From contig OZ024743.1 of the NCBI GenBank assembly GCA_964016885.1, positions 47,988,001 to 48,052,000 on the forward strand: 64,000 nt of DNA, in the 5' to 3' direction. The notes under the pieces were generated by a model. The model was not told the origin of the DNA and searched no databases. It worked only from the letters and a program-made list of their open reading frames with translations. This stretch comes from Eledone cirrhosa (lineage: Eukaryota). Below, piece after piece: positions 1 through 14,011 of this stretch; the first letter of the stretch is position 1, and each line of letters starts with the position of its first letter. The translations under genes and the position numbers were made by a program.

Positions 1-3000
1 ACTTAAATCATCACATCCACTACACCAGCTAGGTTAACAATATATATTACACAACTTAAATCATCACATCCACTACACCAGCCTGGTTAATATATATTAC
101 ACAACATAAATCATCACATCCACTACACCAGCTAGGTTAACAATATATATTACACAACTTAAATCATCACATCCACTACACCAGCTAGGTTAACAATCTA
201 TATTACTCAACTTAAATCATCACATCCACTACACCAGCTAGGTTAACAATATATATTACACAACTTAAATCATCACATCCACTACATCAGCAAAGGTTAA
301 CAATATATATTACACAACTTAAATCATCACATCCACTACACCAGCTATGTTAACAATATATATTACACAACTTAAATCATCACATCCACTACACCAGCTA
401 GGTTAACAATATATATTACACAACTTAAATCATCACATCCACTACATCAGCAAAGGTTAACAATATATATTACACAACTTAAATCATCACATCCACTACA
501 CCAGCTATGTTAACAATATATATTACACAACTTAAATCATCACATCCACTACACCAGCTAGGTTAACAATATATATTACACAACTTAAATCATCACATCC
601 ACTACACCAGCTAGGTTAACAATCTATATTACACAACTTAAATGATCACATCCACTACACCAGCTAGGTTAATATATATTACACAACTTAAATCATCACA
701 TCCACTACACCAGCTAGGTTAACAATCTATATTACTCAACTTAAATCATCACATCCAGTACACCAGCTAGGTTAATATATATTACACAACTTAAATGATC
801 ACATCCACTACACCAGCTAGGTTAATATATATTACACAACTTAAATCATCACATCCACTACATCAGCTAGGTTAACAATATATATTACACAACTTAAATC
901 ATCACATCCACTACACCAGCTAGGTTAACAATATATAGTACACAACTTAAAACATCAAATCCACTACACCAGCTAGCCTAACAATATATATTACACAACT
1001 TAAATCATCACATCCACTACACCAGCTAGGTTAACAATCTATATTACTCAACTTAAATCATCACATCCACTACACCAGCTAGGTTAACAATATATATTAC
1101 ACAACTTAAATCATCACATCCACTACATCAGCTAGGTTAACAATATATATTACACAACATAAATCATCACATCCACTACACCAAGTAGGTTAACAATATA
1201 TATTACACAACTTAAATCATCACATCCACTACACCAGCTAGGTTAACAATATATATTATACAACTTAAATCATCACATCCACTACACCAGCTAGGTTAAC
1301 AATATATATTACACAACTTAAATCATCACATCCACTACACCAGCTAGGTTAACAATATATATTACACAACTTAAATCATCACATCCACTACACCAGCTAG
1401 GTTAACAATATATATTACACAACTTAAATCATCACATCCACTACACCAGCTAGGTTAATATATATTACACAACTTAAATCATCACATCCACTACACCAGC
1501 TAGGTTAACAATATATATTACACAACTTAAATCATCACATCCGGTACACCAGCTAGGTTACCAATATATATTACACAACTTAAATCATCACATCCACTAC
1601 AGCAGCTAGGTTAACAATATATATTACACAACTTAAATCATCACATCCACTACACCAGCTAGGTTAATATATATTACACAACTTAAATCATCACATCCAC
1701 TACACCAGCTAGGTTAACAATATATATTACACAACTTAAATCATCACATCCAGTACACCAGCTAGGTTACCAATATATATTACACAACTTAAATCATCAC
1801 ATCCACTACAGCAGCTAGGTTAACAATATATATTACACAACTTAAATCATCACATCCACTACACCAGCTAGGTTAACAATCTATATTACACAACTTAAAT
1901 CATCACATCCACTACATCAGCAAAAGTTAACAATATATATTACACAACTCAAATCATCACATCCACTACAGCAGCTATGTTAACAATATATATTACACAA
2001 CTTAAATCATCACATCCACTACACCAGATAGGTTAACAATATATATTACACAACTTAAATCATCACATCCACTACACCAGCTAGGTTAACAATATATATT
2101 ACACAACTTAAATGATCACATCCACTACACCAGCTTGGTTAATATATATTACACAACTTAAATCATCACATCCACTACACCAGCTAGGTTAACAATCTAT
2201 ATTACTCAACTTAAATCATCACATCCACTACACCAGCTAGGTTAATATATATTACACAACTTAAATGATCACATCCACTACACCAGCTAGGTTAACATAT
2301 ATTACACAACTTAAATCATCACATCCACTACATCAGCTAGGTTAACAATATATATTACACAACTTAAATCATCACATCCACTACACCAGCTAGGTTAACA
2401 ATATATAGTACACAACTTAAAACATCAAATCCACTACACCAGCTAGGTTAACAATATATATTACACAACTTAAATCATCACATCCACTACACCAGCTAGG
2501 TTAACAATCTATATTACACAACTTAAATCATCACATCCACTACACCAGCTAGGTTAACAATATATATTACACAACTTAAATCATCACATCCACTACATCA
2601 GCTAGGTTAACAATATATATTACACAACATAAATCATCACATCCACTACACCAAGTAGGTTAACAATATATATTACACAACTTAAATCATCACATCCACT
2701 ACACCAGCTAGGTTAACAATATATATTACTCAACTTAAATCATCACATCCACTACACCAGCTAGGTTAACAATATATATTATACAACTTAAATCATCACA
2801 TCCACTACACCAGCTAGGTTAACAATATATATTACACAACTTAAATCATCACATCCACTACACCAGCTAGGTTAACAATATATATTACACAACTTAAATC
2901 ATCACTTCCACTACACCAGCTAGGTTAACAATATATATTACACAACTTAAATCATCACATCCACTACACCAGCTAGGTTAATATATATTACACAACTTAA

Positions 3001-6000
3001 ATCATCACATCCACTACACCAGCTAGGTTAACAATATATATTACACAACTTAAATCATCACATCCAGTACACCAGCTAGGTTACCAATATATATTACACA
3101 ACTTAAATCATCACATCCACTACACCAAGTAGGTTAACAATATATATTACACAACTTAAATCATCACATCCACTACACCAGCTAGGTTAACAATATATAT
3201 TACTCAACCTAAATCATCACATCCACTACACCAGCTAGGTTAACAATATATATTATACAACTTAAATCATCACATCCACTACTCCAGCTTGGTTAACAAT
3301 ATATATTACACAACTTAAATCATCACATCCACTACACCAGCTAGGTTCATATATATTATGCAACTTAAATCATCACATCCACTACACCAGATAGGTTAAT
3401 AATATATATTACACAACTTAAATCATCACATCCACTACACCAGCTAGGTTCATATATATTACACAACTTAAATCATCACATCCACTACACCAGATAGGTT
3501 AACAATATATATTACACAACTTAAATCATCACATCCACTACATCAGCTAGGTTAACAATATATATTACACAACTTAAATCATCACATCCACTACACCAAG
3601 TAGGTTAACAATATATATTACACAACTTAAATCATCACATCCACTACACCAGCTAGGTTAACAATATATATTACTCAACTTAAATCATCACATCCACTAC
3701 ACCAGCTAGGTTAACAATCTATATTACACAACTTAAATCATCACATCCACTACACCAGCTAGGTTAATATATATTACACAACGTAAATCATCACATCCAC
3801 TACACCAGCTAGGTTAATATATATTACACAACTTAAATCATCACATCCACTACACCATCTAGGTTAACAATATATATTACACAACTTAAATCATCACATC
3901 CACTACACCAGCCTGGTTAATATATATTACACAACATAAATCATCACATCCACTACACCAGCTAGGTTAACAATATATATTACACAACTTAAATCATCAC
4001 ATCCCCTACACCAGCTAGGTTAACAATATATATTACACAACTTAAATCATCAGATCCACTACACCAGCTAGGTTAACAATCTATATTACTCAACTTAAAT
4101 CATCACATCCACTACACCAGCTAGGTTAACAATATATATTACACAACTTAAATCATCACATCCACTACATCAGCAAAGGTTAACAATATATATTACACAA
4201 CTTAAATCATCACATCCACTACACCAGCTATGTTAACAATATATATTACACAACTTAAATCATCACATCCACTACACCAGCTTGGTTAACAATATATATT
4301 ACACAACTTAAATCATCACATCCACTACATCAGCAAAGGTTAACAATATATATTACACAACTTAAATCATCACATCCACTACACCAGCTAGGTTAACAAT
4401 ATATATTACACAACTTAAATGATCACATCCACTACACCAGCTAGGTTAATATATATTACACAACTTAAATCATCACATCCACTACACCAGCTAGGTTAAC
4501 AATCTATATTACTCAACTTAAATCATCACATCCACTACACCAGCTAGGTTAATATATATTACACAACTTAAATGATCACATCCACTACACCAGCTAGGTT
4601 AATATATATTACACAACTTAAATCATCACATCCACTACATCAGCTAGGTTAACAATATATATTACACAACTTAAATCATCACATCCACTACACCAGCTAG
4701 GTTAACAATATATAGTACACAACGTAAATGATCACATCCACTACACCAGCTAGATTAATATATATTACACAACTTAAATCATCACATCCACTACACCAGC
4801 TAGGTTAACAATATATATTACACAACTTAAATCATCACATCCACTACATCAGCTAGGTTAACAATATATATTACACAACATAAATCATCACATCCACTAC
4901 ACCAGCTATGTTAACAATATATATTACACAACTTAAATCATCACATCCACTACACCAGCTAGGTTAACAATATATATTACACAACTTAAATCATCACATC
5001 CACTACACCAGCTAGGTTAACAATATATATTACACAACTTAAATGATCACATCCACTACACCAGCTAGGTTAATATATATTACACAACTTAAATCATCAC
5101 ATCCACTACACCAGCTAGGTTAACAATCTATATTACTCAACTTAAATCATCACATCCACTACACCAGCTAGGTTAATATATATTACACAACTTAAATGAT
5201 CACATCCACTACACCAGCTAGGTTAATATATATTACACAACTTAAATCTTCACATCCACTACATCAGCTAGGTTAACAATATATATTACACAACTTAAAT
5301 CATCACATCCACTACACCAGCTAGGTTAACAATCTATATTACTCAACTTAAATCATCACATCCACTACACCAGCTAGGTTAACAATATATATTATACAAC
5401 TTAAATCATCACATCCACTACACCAGCTAGGTTAACAATATATATTACACAACTTAAATCATCACATCCACTACACCAGCTAGGTTAACAATATGTTACT
5501 CAACTTAAATCATCACATCCACTACACCAGCTAGGTTAACAATCTATATTACACAACTTAAATCATCACATCCACTACACCAGCTAGGTTAATATATATT
5601 ACACAACGTAAATCATCACATCCACTACACCAGCTAGGTTAATATATATTACACAACTTAAATCATCACATCCACTACACCAGCTAGGTTAACAATATAT
5701 ATTACACAACTTAAATCATCACATCCACTACACCAGCCTGGTTAATATATATTACACAACATAAATCATCACATCCACTACACCAGCTAGGTTAACAATA
5801 TATATTACACAACTTAAATCATCACATCCACTACACCAGCTAGGTTAACAATCTATATTACTCAACTTAAATCATCACATCCACTACACCAGCTAGGTTA
5901 ACAATATATATTACACAACTTAAATCATCACATCCACTACATCAGCAAAGGTTAACAATATATATTACACAACTTAAATCATCACATCCACTACACCAGC

Positions 6001-9000
6001 TATGTTAACAATATATATTACACAACTTAAATCATCACATCCACTACACCAGCTAGGTTAACAATATATATTACACAACTTAAATCATCACATCCACTAC
6101 ATCAGCAAAGGTTAACAATATATATTACACAACTTAAATCATCACATCCACTACACCAGCTATGTTAACAATATATATTACACAACTTAAATCATCACAT
6201 CCACTACACCAGCTAGGTTAACAATATATATTACACAACTTAAATCATCACATCCACTACACCAGCTAGGTTAACAATCTATATTACACAACTTAAATGA
6301 TCACATCCACTACACCAGCTAGGTTAATATATATTACACAACTTAAATCATCACATCCACTACACCAGCTAGGTTAACAATCTATATTACTCAACTTAAA
6401 TCATCACATCCAGTACACCAGCTAGGTTAATATATATTACACAACTTAAATGATCACATCCACTACACCAGCTAGGTTAATATATATTACACAACTTAAA
6501 TCATCACATCCACTACATCAGCTAGGTTAACAATATATATTACACAACTTAAATCATCACATCCACTACACCAGCTAGGTTAACAATATATAGTACACAA
6601 CTTAAAACATCAAATCCACTACACCAGCTAGCCTAACAATATATATTACACAACTTAAATCATCACATCCACTACACCAGCTAGGTTAACAATCTATATT
6701 ACTCAACTTAAATCATCACATCCACTACACCAGCTAGGTTAACAATATATATTACACAACTTAAATCATCACATCCACTACATCAGCTAGGTTAACAATA
6801 TATATTACACAACATAAATCATCACATCCACTACACCAAGTAGGTTAACAATATATATTACACAACTTAAATCATCACATCCACTACACCAGCTAGGTTA
6901 ACAATATATATTATACAACTTAAATCATCACATCCACTACACCAGCTAGGTTAACAATATATATTACACAACTTAAATCATCACATCCACTACACCAGCT
7001 AGGTTAACAATATATATTACACAACTTAAATCATCACATCCACTACACCAGCTAGGTTAACAATATATATTACACAACTTAAATCATCACATCCACTACA
7101 CCAGCTAGGTTAATATATATTACACAACTTAAATCATCACATCCACTACACCAGCTAGGTTAACAATATATATTACACAACTTAAATCATCACATCCGGT
7201 ACACCAGCTAGGTTACCAATATATATTACACAACTTAAATCATCACATCCACTACAGCAGCTAGGTTAACAATATATATTACACAACTTAAATCATCACA
7301 TCCACTACACCAGCTAGGTTAATATATATTACACAACTTAAATCATCACATCCACTACACCAGCTAGGTTAACAATATATATTACACAACTTAAATCATC
7401 ACATCCAGTACACCAGCTAGGTTACCAATATATATTACACAACTTAAATCATCACATCCACTACAGCAGCTAGGTTAACAATATATATTACACAACTTAA
7501 ATCATCACATCCACTACACCAGCTAGGTTAACAATCTATATTACACAACTTAAATCATCACATCCACTACATCAGCAAAAGTTAACAATATATATTACAC
7601 AACTCAAATCATCACATCCACTACAGCAGCTATGTTAACAATATATATTACACAACTTAAATCATCACATCCACTACACCAGATAGGTTAACAATATATA
7701 TTACACAACTTAAATCATCACATCCACTACACCAGCTAGGTTAACAATATATATTACACAACTTAAATGATCACATCCACTACACCAGCTTGGTTAATAT
7801 ATATTACACAACTTAAATCATCACATCCACTACACCAGCTAGGTTAACAATCTATATTACTCAACTTAAATCATCACATCCACTACACCAGCTAGGTTAA
7901 TATATATTACACAACTTAAATGATCACATCCACTACACCAGCTAGGTTAACATATATTACACAACTTAAATCATCACATCCACTACATCAGCTAGGTTAA
8001 CAATATATATTACACAACTTAAATCATCACATCCACTACACCAGCTAGGTTAACAATATATAGTACACAACTTAAAACATCAAATCCACTACACCAGCTA
8101 GGTTAACAATATATATTACACAACTTAAATCATCACATCCACTACACCAGCTAGGTTAACAATCTATATTACACAACTTAAATCATCACATCCACTACAC
8201 CAGCTAGGTTAACAATATATATTACACAACTTAAATCATCACATCCACTACATCAGCTAGGTTAACAATATATATTACACAACATAAATCATCACATCCA
8301 CTACACCAAGTAGGTTAACAATATATATTACACAACTTAAATCATCACATCCACTACACCAGCTAGGTTAACAATATATATTACTCAACTTAAATCATCA
8401 CATCCACTACACCAGCTAGGTTAACAATATATATTATACAACTTAAATCATCACATCCACTACACCAGCTAGGTTAACAATATATATTACACAACTTAAA
8501 TCATCACATCCACTACACCAGCTAGGTTAACAATATATATTACACAACTTAAATCATCACTTCCACTACACCAGCTAGGTTAACAATATATATTACACAA
8601 CTTAAATCATCACATCCACTACACCAGCTAGGTTAATATATATTACACAACTTAAATCATCACATCCACTACACCAGCTAGGTTAACAATATATATTACA
8701 CAACTTAAATCATCACATCCAGTACACCAGCTAGGTTACCAATATATATTACACAACTTAAATCATCACATCCACTACAGCAGCTAGGTTAACATTATAT
8801 ATTACACAACTTAAATCATCACTTCCACTACACCAGCTAGGTTAACAATCTATATTACTCAACTTAAATCATCACATCCACTACACCAGCTAGGTTAACA
8901 ATATATATTACACAACTTAAATCATCACATCCACTACACCAAGTAGGTTAACAATATATATTACACAACTTAAATCATCACATCCACTACACCAGCTAGG

Positions 9001-10742
9001 TTAACAATATATATTACACAACTTAAATCATCACATCCACTACACCAGCTAGGTTAACAATATATATTACACAACTTAAATTATCACATCCACTACACCA
9101 GCTAGGTTAACAATATATATTGCTCAACTTAAATCATCACATCCACTACACCAGCTAGGTTAACAATCTATATTACTCAACTTAAATCATCACCTCCACT
9201 ACTCCAGCTAGGTTAACAATATATATTACACAACTTAAATCATCACATCCACTACACCAGCTAGGTTCATATATATTACGCAACTTAAATCATCACTTCC
9301 ACTACACCAGATAGGTTAACAATATATATTACACAACTTAAATCATCACATCCACTACACCAGCTAGGTTCATATATATTACACAACTTAAATCATCACA
9401 TCCACTACACCAGATAGGTTAACAATCTATATTACACAACTTAAATCATCACATCCACTACATCAGCTAGGTTAACAATATATATTACACAACTTAAATC
9501 ATCACATCCACTACACCAAGTAGGTTAACAATATATATTACACAACTTAAATCATCACATCCACTACACCAGCTAGGTTAACAATATATATTACTCAACC
9601 TAAATCATCACATCCACTACACCAGCTAGGTTAACAATATATATTATACAACTTAAATCATCACATCCACTACTCCAGCTTGGTTAACAATATATATTAC
9701 ACAACTTAAATCATCACATCCACTACACCAGCTAGGTTCATATATATTATGCAACTTAAATCATCACATCCACTACACCAGATAGGTTAATAATATATAT
9801 TACACAACTTAAATCATCACATCCACTACACCAGCTAGGTTCATATATATTACACAACTTAAATCATCACATCCACTACACCAGATAGGTTAACAATATA
9901 TATTACACAACTTAAATCATCACATCCACTACATCAGCTAGGTTAACAATATATATTACACAACTTAAATCATCACATCCACTACACCAAGTAGGTTAAC
10001 AATATATATTACACAACTTAAATCATCACATCCACTACACCAGCTAGGTTAACAATATATATTACTGAACCTAAATCATCACATCCACTACACCAGCTAG
10101 GTTAACAATATATATTATACAACTTAAATCATCACATCCACTACACCAGCTAGGTTAACAATATATATTACTCAACTTAAATCATCACATCCACTACACC
10201 AGCTAGGTTAACAATATATATTACACAACTTAAATCATCACATCCACTACACCAGCTAGGTTAACAATATATTTTACACAACTCAAATCATCACATCCAC
10301 TACACCAGCTAGGTTAACAATATATATTACTCAACTTAAATTATCACATCCACTACACCAGCTAGGTTAACAATATATATTACACAACTTAAATCATCAC
10401 ATCCACTACACCAGCTAGGTTAACAATCTATATTACTCAACTTAAATCATCAAATCCACTACACCAGCTAGGTTAACAATATATATTACACAACTTAAAT
10501 CATCAAACCCACTACACCAGCTAGGTTAACAATATATATTACACAACTTAAATCATCACATCCACTACACCAGCTAGGTTAACAATATATATTACACAAC
10601 TTAAATCATCACATCCACTACACCAGCTAGGTTAACATATATTACACAACTTAAATCATCACATCCACTACACCAGCTAGGTTAACAATATATATTACAC
10701 AACTTAAATCATCACATCCACTGCACCGGCTAGGTTAACAAT
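1..10742. repeat. 53-bp satellite array (about 200 copies, with 50-bp variants), open at the window start
   Basis: Unit ACTTAAATCATCACATCCACTACACCAGCTAGGTTAACAATATATATTACACA recurs at 1, 54, etc. Variants lack CAA. No ORFs. Confidence 0.98.
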
Positions 10743-10987
10743 ACACTACACCAGCTAGGTTAACAATCGACTACACTGGCTAGGTTAAAAATCCACTACA
10801 CCGGCTAGGTTAACAATCCACTACACTGGCTAGGTTAACAATCCACTACACCGGCTAGGTTAACAATCCACTACACCAGCTAGGTTAACCATCCACTACA
10901 CCGGCTAGGTTAACAATCCACTACACCGGCTAGGTTAACAATCCACTACACCGGCTAGGTTAACAATCCACTACACCAGCTAGGTTT
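10743..10987. repeat. 25-bp minisatellite (about 10 copies) equal to half of the 53-bp unit
   Basis: ATCCACTACACC(G/A)GCTAGGTTAACA at 10866, 10891, 10916, etc. Confidence 0.93.
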
Positions 10988-11149
10988 TTAACAGAGACTC
11001 CGGTTTAACTCAGTGTTCGACTACCCAAACTCAATCTTGGCTAACCTACTCAACACCCAAACTCGACACTGTCGACTTCCCAAACTCAACACTGGCTAAC
11101 CTAACTTCAGAGTTAGCTTACCCAAACTCAGAGCTTGATTTCTCCAGCT

Positions 11150-11314
11150 CGACCGTGTCTCGCTCGTACAGAACTGTTTCTGGTAGAAAATCAGCCAGGA
11201 ACAGTTCTATACGAGCGAGACATGGTCACCCGACCAATCTTGCTTCAGGTGCGACAAACTCGTCTAACCCATGCTAGTGTGGAAGATCGACGTTAAACGA
11301 TGATGATGATGATG
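11150..11314 (+). mobile_element. RTE LINE 3' tail fragment with (GAT)n
   Basis: AACCCATGCTAGTGTGGAAGATCGACGTTAAACGATGATGAT matches the 3' end of the 14-16.6 kb LINE. Confidence 0.75.
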
Positions 11315-12788
11315 AATACTCGACTACCTGAACTCAAAATTAGAGGCCTAAACTCAGAATTAGACTACACGTTACCTCAGCTGAGATCTAGGCAAGGCTA
11401 CTTCACCAGAGTTGTACTACCTCAGTAATCAGATAACATTACATCTTGAACTGAACTAAATTATTTTACTTCATGGAATCTCTACAAACATGACTGACCT
11501 TTGGAAAGATTTCTAACTTTAAAAAATGATACGTAAATTTTGGTTTCTAGAATTTAGTTAAAAGAAAGAAAATATAACACCATTATCATTCGTTTTTACA
11601 TTTGTTTTTCCATTCCTAAGCCTGAGCATATGTCAATGAGATGAAGCCTCTAGTCCGTCTAGAAGGACAGTAGCTCCGATTAATTATTGATCTGATCTTT
11701 GATAACCTATCCAACCCATACCAGCATGGAAAAACAGGTTAAATGATAATGATGGTAGAATCATCATCATCATTTAATAGCTGGTTTGCCTGCTAACAAT
11801 GGTTGGACAGGTTGTCACAGACCAAATCAGTACTCAACCAGAGGTACTGACCTCTCAAATGGGCCAGAAGCCCACATCTCACATTCTCACACTCTACTAA
11901 GTGCTCAGAGAGACCTACATTTCTTTTACATATATTCCCATGCTATACCAAGTGTATTTTATGATGGCACTAGCACTAGGCATGTTGTCCTGTCTTTGAC
12001 ACAGCTAAAGAGTCATCTTGACCCTTTATTTGGCAGATTTTCAATGGCTGGATCATCAACCACTTTACAGAGTGTATCAGATGCATTTATCATATAGATC
12101 ACCAACAATATATAAGTTCTCCTACCTTTAACATAGCTGACGGGTCCTCCTGACCCTTTATTTGGCAGGTTTTCTATGGCTGGATGCCCTTCCTATCACA
12201 AACCACTTTACAGAGTGTACTTGGTGTGTTTATCATAAAGACCACCAACACTAGAAAGGTTGTAATGCCCTTGACATAACTTGAGAGTCTTGTTGACCCT
12301 TTTGTTTGTATGGTTTCTACAGCTGGAACCCCTTCTTTTTACCGATCACCTTACAGAGTGTACTGGTGCATCTTTTGTGGCAACTACATAAGAAAAGTTG
12401 TCATGTTGTGACTGATGAATCCTCAGCCTTATTGGTATTTTCTATGGCACCAGTGCTAGAGAGATTGTCAGTCGTAGACACACGGAGGGGCCTTCTCTAC
12501 TCTATGGGGAGGTTGGGGGAAGTAAGAAGTATGATAGATATATCATGGGTAATTGACAAGAGGTGTGACGGTGACATGAATGTGATGTCAGGCAGAGAGG
12601 GGTGAAGAAGTATATCATGGGTGTAAGACAGGTATAGTAGGGTTTGAGAGGGTAGGGGGATAGGACAGCGTGGTGGTGGTGTGGTGAGGTTCAGAAGGTG
12701 ATGTGGAAGAGGGAAGGGGAAGGAAATGACGATAGATATAATATAAATGTATTCACAACATAAATGTTATCTTTCTGTCTGCCACCAG

Positions 12789-12955
12789 GTTTAAAGTTGA
12801 AGATATGACGGGTAGATATATTTACAACATTGGAATATGTACTGCAGTTATGGCGACTGCTTTTCAAGATGATATTGGTGTACTACGGATAAAAAAATCA
12901 GACAAGACAACTTCTGTCATTGGTAATATCACAAATGTTCGCGTCTCAGATGGAA
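12789..12955 (+). CDS. M6PR: CD-MPR homologue, first visible internal exon (luminal MRH domain)
   Basis: CAG|G...A|GTGAGT; encodes FKVEDMTGRYIYNIGICTAVMATAFQDDIGVLRIKKSDKTTSVIGNITNVRVSDG, which aligns with CD-MPR YIFRVC...GLVQINKS..VVGRL; phase fits the next exon. Confidence 0.85.
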
Positions 12956-14011
12956 GTGAGTAACAATATTTCTGAATTTTGGGCAGTTTAATGTTTTTGG
13001 TTTTAATTTTTAATTTTTAATTTTATATTTTGAAAATTTCTCAGGATTCCTAAATTTTAAACATGAAATTATGATTCTGCAAAAAATAAAAAATAAATTC
13101 AGTACATTATATTATTATATAATGTTATTATGAGATCTGTTGCAGTTGAACTGTATTTGTAATGCCTTTAATAATAATAATGGTAGTGATGATGCCATCC
13201 CAGTTGTAATTGAAGCCTTAGAAAGAGTAGCAAGAAGCTTTAAGCGATTGGTTGATATTTATACCTATAGACGTGAATTTCCAGACACTGCAGAAATGTT
13301 GAAGGACCATAAGAAAGGTGCTAGATAGCTAAGGTAGCAGGATGTAACTTGTTAATTAGCAACCAAACCTTGGCAGAACAACAAGGCTAGCAATTTGGGA
13401 GAAGGGGAGAAGTTGATTATATTTATCCTACTACTTAACTGGTACTAGATTTTTATCGACTGCAGAAGGATGAAAGATAAAGCTGATCTTAGTGGGATTT
13501 GAACTTAGAATATAAAGGGCTGCAACAAAATATTGAAAAGCATTTTGTCCAATGCTCCACTAATACTGCCCTCATAATAATTATGGGTTCTATCATAGGC
13601 CAGGAATTTGAGTGGATTATAATCCACTGGAATTCCTGGCTTTATGCCTCCTTGACTGCTATTTTATTATATCAACCCCAGAAGGTGCATCCTCACAAGG
13701 TGGAGAGAATACTTTGCTGCTCTCCTAAACCTGGTCACAACAGCATCTTTTAATGCACACAAGGTGCACCTGGGAGCAATGATTAATCTCTTGGAGGCTC
13801 AAGTCTTTGGGGTTTCGAGATATGCAATCTTTCTGTATCCATCCCATGCCTTCCAGGACAGATCACAGGCCCATCACCAGTTTTTGCAGTATGAGATGGA
13901 GACTGCAATATATTTTTCAAACAGGCCCATCATCAAATGGAACGAAACGGTCTAACCCATGCTAGCATGGAAGATGGACGTTAAACGATGATAATGATGA
14001 TATATATATAT

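Noticed and set aside
1-10987. Satellite as CRISPR, telomere or repetitive protein gene
   Set aside because: No unique spacers, no TTAGGG array, period not a multiple of 3, no ORFs.
13988-14011. Met start of the 735-aa ORF as a host gene
   Set aside because: MIMMIYIY derives from GAT/TA repeats upstream of a 5'-truncated LINE.
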